DNA of 64,000 nt from Camelus dromedarius (lineage: Eukaryota): NCBI RefSeq assembly GCF_036321535.1, contig NC_087472.1:61628001-61692000 (forward strand). The letters are read 5' to 3'. Shown piece by piece: positions 47,638 through 58,455 of this stretch. Made by a program: the position numbers and the translations under genes. Under the pieces are notes generated by a model. It was not told where the DNA came from. It did not search any database and saw only the letters and a list, made by a program, of their open reading frames with translations. How positions within the stretch are numbered: position 1 is the first letter of the stretch; each line of letters starts with the position of its first letter.

Positions 47638-48483
47638 AAAACATGGAATTGGAATTGAGCACCACTGACCCTTAACCCATGGCTCTTTTCCCACTGCCTT
47701 GGCAGCAGAATGCCCACACTCACACTCCAGCCCCACTATATGTATACTGGCTGTGCCCCTTTACTTCTTAGAACCTCAGCTTCCCCATCTGTCAAATGGA
47801 GGCCATGATGTGCCTTCGGCAGGTGTGTGGTGTGGCTTAAGTGGACAAACAGATGGGAAAAGCACTTTGCAAAGAGCAAAGAGCTCTTCAGATGTAAGAC
47901 GTCTGTGCAGTTAGCATTTACCGAGGCCCTGGTTACCTGCCAGGTGCTGTGTTCCATGCTGGGGGCCAAGCTATGGGTCAAACAGCCCCGACTTCCCCCC
48001 AGGGAGACTGCTGTGCAAAGGGAGGTGTGCTTCAGCCAGGAAGGGGCAGGCAGGGAAGACTTTCTGGAGGAGGTGAGTTCATGGGAGGCAGAGGACATAA
48101 ATTGGAGTTTTCAGTGGAGGAATGACAGTGTCATATCTTCGAGAACACTCACATAGCGCTGACTACGTGTCAAATCCTGTTCTAAGTACCTTACAAATAA
48201 TAACTCACGTAATCCTTACAATAAGTCTGTGAAGTTTCCTAGAGAAACTGAAGCCCAGAGAGGCAAAGTGACTCACTCAGGTCACAAAGCTAGTAAGTGG
48301 CAGAACTAGGATCCATACTCTGAAGAAGCTCACACTTCTAAAAATTTGAATTTTAGTTCATTTAGTTTTGTGTTAGTTTAAGTGTACAGTATAGTGCTCA
48401 AGTTATATATATGTATATATACTATTTTTTGTATTTTTTTTTTCATACTTTTAATCACTAAGCCACACTGACTCTAACCCTGG

Positions 48484-48720
48484 TCAACTGTCCCTGTGGC
48501 AGCAATCATGTCCATAGTAGACCTGGTGGCAGGGAGAGCAAGGAGGAGTTGGGGGCAAAAGACCAGGTGAGAGATATTGAGAACCTGACCTTGGGCTGTG
48601 GCAGTGGAGTTGAGGAAGAGGTAACAACGGATGGGCAGTCTGGAGGTGGGAGAGTGGATTTGGGGATATTTTAACTTGAGCTTCTAATGTGATGACCTTC
48701 CTTCTTTGCGCACACATACT
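48484..48720 (-). mobile_element. L2 fragment
   Basis: gacctggtggcagggagagc..accttgggctgtggcagtggag..gtggatttggggatatttt. Confidence 0.6.
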
Positions 48721-48779
48721 CATGAACTTGTGTGGGTCAAAGTCCACATTTAGAGTTCCCCTTCACTCTACTTGAGTTC

Positions 48780-49010
48780 ACAGAATCTGTGGTGATTATC
48801 ATTTTTATCCTCCATGGACTCCCTTTTCTCCTTCTTTGGGTAATAGATGCAGACTGCTTGGCCACAAGGATGAGCATGTGACCTAAGCCTGCCAATCAGA
48901 GTCCTTCCCTGAGACTCTCCTCATTGGTGGGGTTGGGAGGAACCATGTTTCCTCGCTGCTACCTAAGCTGTAAGAATTCGAGCACTGCTCCTGCCTTTTC
49001 TTGGCATGGC
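48780..49010 (+). mobile_element. Old MaLR LTR fragment (MLT1-like)
   Basis: ggatgagcatgtgacctaagcctgccaatcagagtccttccc. Confidence 0.6.
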
Positions 49011-49144
49011 CCTGTGCCAGCTGTGCCTAAAGGCAGGTTTCCTGCTCCACCCAGGGGTCCGAACCCTCACAGATACCTGGGAGTCCTCCTTCAAGCCACC
49101 CTTTCCCTCACCCATGTACAATTTGTCTCCAAGTCCCTTAGACC

Positions 49145-49611
49145 TGTCAACTGAAGAAAGGAGCCAAACCGAAAACCTAAAAGTTGCAAGTTATGTTTTA
49201 TTTGGGACCTTACTGAGAACTGTAGCCTGGGAGACAACCTCAGATAGCTCTGACAAACTGCTCCGAAGAGGTAAGGTAGGAGCTAGGATATACAGGAGTT
49301 TCTGTTGAAAAGGAAAAAAAAAATGTAGTCAAACATCAAAAGATTATAGCTAATTAAGAAAAAACAGACATCTTTTCAAGTTAATGATTTTACTGCTCTT
49401 CTATGTATGGAAAGATGCTAGAGTTTGGGGTCACTGAAATTATTCTTTAGATATTCATCTTAACCATCTAGGGCCAGGATCCCGTATTTTCTCCATCCTA
49501 AATTCCCCTCAGGGTGCATTTTTGAGGGTGGTGGTGGCTGCAGTGGCTGATGGCTTGATGTTGGGCAACATTCCTTGCTCACTGGAATAGCAGGCCATAG
49601 TTTTGGCCACA
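49145..49611 (-). mobile_element. ERV1-type solo LTR (family B)
   Basis: tgtcaactgaag..aaagttgcaagttatgttttattt..gcaggccatagttttggccaca; TSD gacc / tacc (an alternative end at 49680 gives a perfect gacc). Confidence 0.8.
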
Positions 49612-49929
49612 TACCTCCCTGATGATAGCTCCTGAGTTCTCTGCTTCTCCTTTCTTTCCCCACTGCCTCACAAGAGTGCAGACCCTTGTCACCTGTCTTG
49701 GATAGCTGTCATTAACTTCTAACAGCTCTCCCCCTTCTTCTAACTCCCTATGATATACCATTCCATGGCTAGAGGTCTCTGATAAGTCACACACTTAAGT
49801 CTGAACATGACTGGCATCTGTGACCCAGCATGTTAGACTTCTTACATCCTCGGCTTTTCCCATACTCTTCTTCTTCCTGGAAGGGCAATGAATGACGTTG
49901 CCCTGCAGACTTTGCTTTCTTCCATCCCT

Positions 49930-50110
49930 AATTCAAGCATGGCTGTCCCTTGAACTTCTCTGACCGGCAGGACTCTTCCTCTAGGCTTTCACCCAGGTGA
50001 CATTCACTGATAATAATATTTGGTGTATTTCTTTCTAGTCTTTTTTTTGTTAATATAATTGAGGTCATATTGTTCTATGGTTTTGGGTTCTTCTTTTTCA
50101 CTTCATGATC
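49930..50110 (-). mobile_element. Old L1ME-like 3' fragment
   Basis: ccaggtgacattcactgataataatatttggtgtatttctttctagtc..ggtcatattgttctat. Confidence 0.5.
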
Positions 50111-50281
50111 TCTCACTGGCGTCTCTCTATATCTTCAGAAATGCTTTGTAAGCCATCGTGTGGAATGTCTGCCTGACCATCTGCCTGGATTTCTTATGCA
50201 TTTAGGACCTGAGCATTTCCAAGAGCTCCAGCCTTCCATGATCACTCTTAAAGCCAAATACCCTTAGTCTGAGAGCCCATC

Positions 50282-50825
50282 TGAAAGCAACTCTTTTGCC
50301 CCTTTCCTGTTTACCCATTTCTGTCCCCCTTTACCCTCAGAAGAATCTAATTACAGGAATGAAATCACTAAGCATTTGAAACTAATTCCTGATTTATGGT
50401 TTCCTGAATACACACCATGCCTTGATTAACCTGGTGATTCTTTACCTAGATAAAAAGAAGTAAGAATGAAGAATTAAGCAGCTAAATGATACACTCTCTA
50501 CCCTCAACAGCCCCTTTAGTAATCTTGCAGGCAGACCATGTGGGCCAGATAACATCTGAAGAGAGGGTCAGCCAGTCTGCACCCAATGGACAATGCAGAA
50601 TTCAACCACCTCCTCAACGATTCACTGAGATTCTCCTCCTGTCCATTTTTCCCTTTAAAAAATGTCATGGCTGAGCAGAATCCTTGAATTTGGTCTCTGG
50701 ACATGAGTCCACCTTCTCCCCAGACTGCCAGCTCTTCTGATTAAAGCACCTTTCTTTTCTATTGACACTTGCATCTGGATTATTGACTTTTGAGCAGCAA
50801 GCAGCTAAACATGAGTTTGGTAACA
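50282..50825 (+). mobile_element. ERV1 (MER4-group-like) LTR (family C)
   Basis: ccctttaaaaa TATA-like box, ATTAAA, end gacttttgagcagcaagcagctaaacatgagtttggtaaca; start uncertain (possible TSD catc / catt). Confidence 0.7.
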
Positions 50826-51589
50826 CATTTGGGTGTCCAGAAAGCACAGAGCCCTGAGTTCACAATGCTCCAGGGATTCTGTCCTTCTGCTTGTCCTTTG
50901 TCCCCTGCAGCCCCTGTCCCCTCTGGCATCCTTATTCCTACTTCTCCCTCTGTGTTGCTTGCTCCGGTCATTTCTGTGCCCCAGGTCCACATGTGGACAA
51001 CAGCCTGTGCCTCAAGTCCCCAACATACAGTTGCACCTGGCCTGTCATAGTTCACCAACTTTCTCAGTGACTTCAAGACAACACAGAGTAACTTTTCCCA
51101 AACTTCAGCTCATTGCAACCACCTTCAAGACTTGCTGTATTTATATTCCAGCTTTCCTAGTATTTCCCCAAATATGAATTTTTCTATCAGTACTCCCCCA
51201 CCACCCTTTTAAATTTGAAACTTCACCCTAAGCAACTATCAAATGCCTTTTTCTTCCATGTACCACCTTGTGAACAGAACTTCTCTTGGGGTAACCTTGA
51301 CATGGGGAACTCCAATTGGTAGCACCCTCATGGCTCTGTGAGAGTCTTTGACCTTTCCCTAGGGCTCACTGCTGGCAGCCAGGGTCTTTCATTCAGACTG
51401 CCGCCACTTTGCTGGGGCCCTGTCCTCCTCAAACCCAAGACTCTTTTCTTAGGTCCTTTCTATTCCCATGCTAGGGCTGTCATCGAAACCCCCCCACCAC
51501 ACCTGCCCCCGTGCTGTCTCAAAGCCAGGCCAAAGGAAGCTGAAAATCATTTACCATCACAAGGGATGCCGAGTAGCCCACAACTGAAT

Positions 51590-51745
51590 CGGCCTTTTAC
51601 ATAATTAAGCAGAATGCCTACCAGCGCTGCTTAGAGCATTTGCATATGGAGTCAGGGCCTCCCCAAGACAATGAATAGGTACTTGAGGTACATCTGCATG
51701 ACCAAGAGGCCTGCCAGCGGGTCCCCGAGTAAAACAAAGGCACGG
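51590..51745. promoter_or_regulatory. SOX, POU and homeodomain motif cluster
   Basis: TAATTA 51602-51607, ATTTGCAT 51638-51645, ACAATG 51668-51673, AACAAAG 51733-51739. Confidence 0.45.
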
Positions 51746-51974
51746 TCTGCCCCCAGAACAAATTTTAGCGGCTCCCTTTAGAGACTCAGGCAACACCCCA
51801 TGGGCAGTTGGAAAAAGAATTTGTGGTTTTGTCTCCTGCCTTCAGCCTTTGAGGATTCAGAAATGTTAAGGTCCAGCCTCAGAGGCTGCAGTCAGACAAT
51901 TTTCACACTTCCCCCATTCGATCCAGGTCTTTGCTTTTATAAATAACAGCCGGGAGTGGGGGCACACTGGGGGC

Positions 51975-52345
51975 ATACATTTTTGCTCCCATCCACAATG
52001 ATTTCTTTAGGACAAATATCTGGAAGTGGGATTTCTGGGTCACACAATGGTCACTTTTAAAAAGCTTCTTGTATCTCTCATCCAACTGCCCTTCTAAAAG
52101 GCCAGAGTGATTTGCGGCTGTTACCTACCCCCCCCCACTGCCCCCCTCCCCAGAGCATGCGCTAAGGCTGGTTTCACAAAACCCTCCACAGCATCAAGTG
52201 TTATCATTTTTAATCCCTGCTAATTTGATAGGCCAAATATGGTATCTCATTGTTGCTCTAATTTGCATGTCTTTGCCTTCTAGTGGGGTGGAACATCTTT
52301 TCATATGTTTATTGGCCATTATTTTGTGAATTGCCTGTTCATCCA
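51975..52345 (-). mobile_element. Old L1M ORF2 end and 3' fragment
   Basis: ctggaagtgggatttctgggtca..tggtatctcattgttgctctaatttgcatg..catcttttcatatgtttattggccatt. Confidence 0.8.
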
Positions 52346-52399
52346 GGCCTTGTTGTCTTCCTCTCTCTGTCTCTTCCAAAGCCCAGGGCTAGCCAGGAA

Positions 52400-52950
52400 T
52401 TAAACACGCCAGACAGTATTTTTAATTAATCTTTCTTAAACACAGCTCTGATCAGGTTACTCCTCTACTTAACAAAACCTCTGATGGCTCATTCCTGCCT
52501 ACAGGATGAAGTCCAAATTCTTGTGCCTGGCCTTCCAGGCCAGTCACAGTCTGGCCCCTACCTATCTCCCCTCCCAGCCTGGCTCTAACACCCACGCTCT
52601 TCCCCAGCCACTGTGGACTACCTGATACAACCTCCTCCCCTACCACTGGCACCCTGAGACGCACAGCTCGGATGGCATTTTCTGTGCCAGTGTTTAATAC
52701 CAGCCCCGGGTCAGATAGCGTTCCTCCTCCTCCTCCTCTCTGCTCCTGTAGCTGGTACAGATCTCCACCGAAACACAGGTGTGAGTGTCTGGCTCTTCCT
52801 CCCCCTCTTTGGACTGTGAGCTCTTGGATGGGGTGGAGGGCAGGGATCATGCCTCTCCTCTCTGGGGCCTCAGAACCTGAAAGGTGGGATGGGGGAAGGG
52901 TAGCTACCACGTACTGACACTTCTCACGGGCCAGGCACTGTGCTAGATGC
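52400..52950 (+). mobile_element. L2 fragments
   Basis: ctctgatcaggttactcctctacttaac..gtccaaattcttg..ggccttccaggcc and ggactgtgagctc..gcagggatcatg. Confidence 0.6.
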
Positions 52951-52951
52951 A

Positions 52952-52995
<44 letters not shown>

Positions 52996-53022
52996 GCGCG
53001 CGCGCGCACGCACACGCACACG
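52952..53022. repeat. Compound microsatellite (CT)n(CA)n(CG)6, Z-DNA-prone
   Basis: (CT) 52952-52970, (CA) 52971-52994, (CG)6 52995-53006, then cacg/cacacg. Confidence 0.95.
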
Positions 53023-53199
53023 AGCAAACATGTAACTGATGAAACAAATCATTTTAACTCAAGTGACTATAGTTACTTCTGGCAACTGAGGGAGTGAGGC
53101 AAAGTTCATATAGGATATGTGAGGGGGATAAATCTCTATAGTGAGACCTTCCTCTCTAGGGCAAAGAGAAAAGATGAGAGAGAAAGGATGTGGTCCAGT

Positions 53200-53803
53200 T
53201 GAAGTGGGAGGAAAGGGGGCAGGGAACAACCATTGAAGGAATGACACAGCCATTGAGGACAGGACAAACTGGTTAGAACCAAGATGGCGGAAGACTTGAC
53301 CTCCAGTAGACCTTGAGCGTCATGGCACACCCACAGGCAACATGACAGTTCCTAGGCTGACAATAAAAAGTCAGTAAGTGGGTGGGGGTGTGTTTCCTGG
53401 AAATCCTCGCCCCCTCCCAAAGTGGTTGGAATAATCCTTCTGCTCATTAGCATATGAAATTACCGAGCCCATAAAACCTAAAAACCCTGCTCCTCATGGC
53501 TGCTCTCGCTCTGTTGCTCTCACCTTCCGAGATGGCCCGCAGTCCGTCTATGGAGTGTGTATCTACTTTTGCTATAAACTAACCACCCCACGCCTCTCGG
53601 CTTCTCTCCCTCTCATCTTTCTGAGATGGCCCACATTCTGCCTGTGGAGTGTGTATCTCCTAGCTATTTTCCCTTCTGAGTGAGACAGACCGCTGTCTGT
53701 CCATGTGGTATATATCCCTCTAAATAAACTTGCCTTCACTTTACTATCCCTTGCTCTTGATTTCTTTCCTGCAGGAGGCAAGGACTATTTCCCACCCTCA
53801 ACA
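53200..53803 (+). mobile_element. ERV1-class solo LTR (family A, copy 3) with an internal triplication
   Basis: TG..CA termini, AATAAA 53723-53728, perfect 4-bp TSD cagt at 53196-53199 and 53804-53807. Confidence 0.9.
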
Positions 53804-53924
53804 CAGTGTCAAGTACAGCACGCTGATTTTGGGGCTGTGTTGGAGCAGGGGCTGGAGAAAGTCAAATTGCTCAGCATAATGAAGGGAAAGGGAAAGAATA
53901 TATATATATATATATATACACACA

Positions 53925-53930
53925 TTTAGT

Positions 53931-53977
<47 letters not shown>

Positions 53978-54049
53978 TTTTAAATTGAAGTATACTTGAT
54001 TTACAATGTTGTGTTAGTTTCAGGTGTACAGCAAAGTGACTCAGTTTTA

Positions 54050-54103
<54 letters not shown>

Positions 54104-54158
54104 CTTTTTCAAATTCTTTTCCATTAGAGGTTATTGCAAGATATTTATATATTATTTT
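53925..54158 (-). mobile_element. L1 3' end with a (TTTA)n tail and a (GT)(AT) microsatellite
   Basis: ttgaagtatacttgatttacaatgttgtgttagtttcaggtgtacagc. Confidence 0.88.
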
Positions 54159-54280
54159 GAGGTGAGGGAGGTAATTAGGTTTATTTATTTATTTACTTTT
54201 TAACGGAGGTACTGGGGATTGAACCCAGGATCTTGTGCATGCTAAGCACACACTCTACCACTGAGCTATACCTTCCCCCT
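54159..54280 (-). mobile_element. Camelid tRNA-Ala SINE
   Basis: Perfect 18-bp TSD atatttatatattatttt at 54141-54158 and 54281-54298. Confidence 0.93.
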
Positions 54281-54392
54281 ATATTTATATATTATTTTTG
54301 AGTTCCTAGAGGGTAGCAAAGGAGTGAGGAGTGGAGATAAGCCTAGCAGAAGTGCTTACCTAAATGATAAAAATCACTCAAGAACTTTAAAA

Positions 54393-54569
54393 TTTTTTGG
54401 CAGTATTTTTTATTGAAGTAGTCAGTTTCCAATGTTGTGTTACTTCTGGTGTACCGCATAGTGATTCAGATATATTCCTTTTCATATTATTTCATATTAT
54501 TTTTCACTATAGGCCATTACAAGATCTTGAATATAGTTCCCTATGCTAGACAGTAGGGCCTTGTTGTTC
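54393..54569 (-). mobile_element. Second L1 3' end
   Basis: ttattgaagtagtcagtttccaatgttgtgttac..gaatatagttccctatgctagacagtagggccttgttgtt; approximate TSD agaacttt(t)aaaa. Confidence 0.85.
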
Positions 54570-55500
54570 AGAACTTTTAAAAAAACAGTGTCTAAAACTC
54601 ACTCAAAAGTTGCCTGTCATTCTATAACATAAGCCCCTCCATCTTGTCTAGCCTTCATTCAAGTCTGCCCGCCCCTACGCCCCCAGTGGGAGTATGTTCT
54701 GTGACAGTGAGGGCTGGAGATGGCACCATCTGTAGATGAAGCTCTTCAGGGCAACAGGCTCAGGGACAGAGGGCACTGGGAGAGGAGGCCTATGCACCAG
54801 AGTCCCACTGGGAGGGATGTACTCTTTCCCCAAGAACCGACACTTTTATTTGAGTCTCAAAGAAAAGCTACCTAAGTTGAGACCTAGATAATTAGACCTC
54901 ACCCCTAGTGTCCTACCCTACCCCATGTGGTGAGGTTTCTTAACATGAAAGATGCTGAAATAAAGGTCAGGGAGGTGAGGTCGTTGGCAGGTGCTCAGGC
55001 TCCTAGGAAGCAGCAGCCTGGGGCACTGGACCCCACAGTGGGTGTTTGTGCCTCTGTGTCTTGCTGCTGGCACTGCCTGGCACAGGGGCAATATATCATC
55101 TATGCTTGCTGATTGGATTCAGTCTGTTCCAACCAACGTTTTCCAAAGCATTGATTGATTGTGTTTCTGGGTATGTGGACTAGGTGTTGAGGGGTTCGGG
55201 GAGGAGTGTAGAGGGTGCAGATGAGGGAGGCTACAGAAGCCATAAGGCATGTTTCCTGCCCTTTCTGAGTTGACAATTCAACAGGCAAAATCTGAACATA
55301 TAAATGTCCAGTGGGGTACCAAGCAGCCATGATCAGAACAGCTAACATTTATTGAGTGTTTATTATAAACCAGGTACTATTCCAAGTGCTTTTCATGATG
55401 TATCCCATTTAATCATTATAACAACCCCAGATGAGAGAAACTGGGTCACAGAAGGCAACAAATTTGCCTAAGGTCACACAGCTAATAAGTTGCTAAACTG

Positions 55501-55655
55501 GTAGGGAGGAGGGTAGAGTGGTAGAGTGCATGCCTAGCATGCCTAAGGACTGGGTTCAATCTCCAGTACCTCCATGAAAAAAATTAATAGATAAACCTAA
55601 TTACCTCCCCTTGCAAAAAACTGCAAAACAAACAAACAAACAAAACCCCCCACAA
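55501..55655 (+). mobile_element. Diverged camelid SINE inside a MIR (about 55335-55740)
   Basis: gagtggtagagtgcatgcctagcatgcc..gggttcaatctccagtacctcca; approximate TSD aagttgctaa / aagtagctaa. Confidence 0.85.
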
Positions 55656-56289
55656 AAAGTAGCTAAGCCAGTATTCAAATCCAGGCAGCCTAGTTAGAGT
55701 CCCTCACCTCTAACTTCTAACCTCTGTGCTCGGCTGCCTCCCTAAGCACCCTAACTGGGTGCAGGCACGTGATGTTGAAGGTTAAAGGTCACAGGAACCT
55801 GGGGGTGGACTGAGGTGGCCAAGGATAGCTCGGTCAGCCTGATGGGACTTCAGCTGGGCCTTGAGGACTGAGGAAGCATGGGCCACAAGGGGCAGGGAGG
55901 GTGTGAAGAGAGACCAGATATTATTGCAAGACCAGAGTCCATGGGTGGCACCCAGTTACAGAAGTACTCTGTGAGCCTAGTACAAAATTTTACAACAACA
56001 ACAACAAAATTGGAATGATTTGCCAACATTGAGAAACCTCGATATTTTACCTTCAAGTTTTAGATTTCTGGCATCTCTCAATAAATTGAAGCATCTGGCG
56101 ATACTGGGCCCTCATTCCTCATTCCTTGGGCACAAATGGTGGGGGTTGAAGAGTGGTACCTGCTGTAAAGAGTCTGGGGGCTAGGGCAGGGACGTGTCCT
56201 GTCTAGTTCTCCACACTTGCCACCACTCCTGGTTGTGTCCCAACTCAGCTGACTTCATTCGCTCCTTTCCTTACCCAGCCCCTACAAGT

Positions 56290-56990
56290 GAGTTTATGTC
56301 CTCCATAGAAACCAAGGCTGGTGAGGGACAGTGAGGAGCCCCCGGTGCTCAGTAAAAGTCAAAAGCTACCAGTCTGCCTGGAGAGGAAGGTTTCTTGCAG
56401 GAGTAATGAGTTCAAGGTTAGAAAGGGTAGTTGGAGTCAGTTGAGCATGGTAGCACCTCCCAGGCTGAAGAATTGGGATGTACAAACAGGCACTGGGGAG
56501 TAGGGAATCAATGTTGAGAGGGAGGAGGGCTACAGGGGAGGTGGCTGCTGGGATGGTCAGACGGGAGTGATGAGGGCAGAGGTGGAGGGGAATCCTGCGG
56601 GAGCAGGAGACATTCCCAGCGAAGACTCACCAGTCTGTGGACTGAGATCCACTGACTGTCTGAAGGATGTGGGAGGGGAAAGACAAGACAGGGAGGATTT
56701 GGTGTGACCGAACTTGTCACCTGACTTGTCACTTGACTAAGAGAACAGAGGTGCCACGAGCAAAAATTGGATGAGATGGCTGGCAGAGGGGAGGGGACAT
56801 GGAAGACTCAACGAATTTAGTGTAGGTGAATTTGAGGTGCTAGAGCAAATTCCAAATAAGGATGTCCTCCAGATAACTGAGGGGGTGGAACCGGAGCTTG
56901 GCAAAGTTGGAGGGCTGGAGAGAAATTTGAAAAAAGCTTTGTTAAGAAGGTCGCAGTGAGGTAGAAGGAGTAGAGTTTGTCAAAGCCCAG
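56290..56990 (-). mobile_element. L2 fragment
   Basis: gagttcaaggttagaaaggg..gttgagcatggtagcacctccc..tttagtgtaggtgaatttgaggtgc. Confidence 0.65.
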
Positions 56991-57574
56991 ACCTTGGCAG
57001 GGTGGGAGTCAGGGGCTGACACGAGAGGAGGAGGAAGGCAAAGAAGGCTGTGTGTGTGTGTGTGTGTGTGTGTGTAAGGCATAACCAGAGCAGTCAGAAG
57101 AGAAACAAGACTTCAAGAAAGCCAAGGGAGGAGTTTTGAGAAGGAGCTTGCTGCATTTACCGGAGCCAGAGGCACAGAAGGCGCAGATGAAGTGGCCAAT
57201 GGACTGGATGATTTCAAAGTACAGCCTCCTGCAGCCTTGTGGTCGGGGGATGATGCTTTCCCATCTCAACCCTCTTAAAATCAGCAGTCCAAAGGAGAAA
57301 AAAAAAGTACTAAGAGCCAGAAAACAACAACAACAACAACAACAATCAAGCAGTCCTCCTTGGTGTGGGGCCAGGATGGTCAGGACTGCTGGGGGATGTG
57401 TTCCAAAGGCTTGGATGGCAGAAGGCAGCCACATCAAGGGTTACATAGCTTTGGCCCCTGAAAGGCAACTGGTTGTGCCCGGATCCAGGATCCTCTCTCC
57501 AAACAGGTGAAAGGCAGAACTGGGGGATCTGAGAGTGGTTTTTGCTGGCCAAAGCATGCTGGTTCTCCGGCCTG

Positions 57575-57735
57575 GTTACACAGGGGGAATCCTCTGGAGA
57601 GATTTTTTTCAAAATAGGAAAGTCCAGCCCCTACCCACAGGGATTCTGACTTGATTGGTCTGGGGTGGGGCCTGGACATTCTAATTTTGGAAAAGCTCTC
57701 CAGGGGATTCTAAAGTGCAGCCAGAGGCCAAGAGA
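57575..57735. mobile_element. MER5-type hAT fragment
   Basis: gattctgacttgattggtctggggtggggcctgg..aagctctccaggggattctaaagtgcagcc. Confidence 0.8.
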
Positions 57736-58047
57736 TCCAGGTGGGGAATTGCATCTCCATCCCCCATCATTGATTCTACTTATAATACTTGAATTATTCT
57801 TCCGGTTACACACAACTATGAGAAATCCTATGTCACAGAAGGTGTATGGGAATTTGAAGGTCTTTTGCTACCCTCTTAACTTAAAAGGCATGGATTCACA
57901 TACACCCCTGACTCAGGGTCACCATCAGCCCTGGGGTTTCGAGTCCTGTCACATGGTTTCTCAAAGCACATTAGATCCACTCCTATAGGAGATGCCTGAG
58001 GTTCGGCATATCTCACATCCTATATATAATGCTGTCACTGGACATTT

Positions 58048-58220
58048 GTTTTATTTTTTAATTAAAAATTTATTTTAAATTTATTTTTGTTTTTTGTTTG
58101 GGGGGTGTGACTAGGTTTATTTATTTACTTATTTATTTCGATGGAGGTACCGGGGATTGAACCCAGGACCTCGTGCATGCTAAGCATGCGCTCTACCACT
58201 GAGCTATATACCCTCCCCTA
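58048..58220 (-). mobile_element. Camelid tRNA-Ala SINE with a near-intact tRNA head
   Basis: Reverse complement tagctcagtggtagagcgcatgcttagcatgcacgaggtcctgggttcaatccccggtacctcca, followed by the SINE tail. Confidence 0.92.
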
Positions 58221-58229
58221 CCCTAGAGA

Positions 58230-58455
58230 TTCGTTTTATTATGAAATATTTCAGACACGCAGGCCAGACGCAAGGAGGAAATATGTTAACAAACACTTGT
58301 GTACCCATCACCAAGCTTCGTCAAATCTTAACATTGTTCTACATCTTGTTTTAGGAATAAAACCACCCTGATAGAGATAAGGGTCCCGAGGTCCGCCTCT
58401 CCTGTTCCCTGCCCCTCCTCCTGCCCTTCCCAGAGGGAACCACTCACCTGAACCT
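58230..58455 (-). mobile_element. Old L1ME 3' terminus
   Basis: tttattatgaaatatttcagacac..gtacccatcaccaagctt..cccagagggaaccactc. Confidence 0.65.

Noticed and set aside
50826-51560. Possible ERV internal region after the 50282-50825 LTR
   Set aside because: I see no clear primer-binding site or gag-like ORF, and cannot assign it without a repeat library.
4080-58220. tRNA-Ala-like sequences as genuine tRNA genes
   Set aside because: All carry the SINE 5' extension and AT-rich tail, and most have TSDs. They are retroposed SINEs, not tRNA loci.
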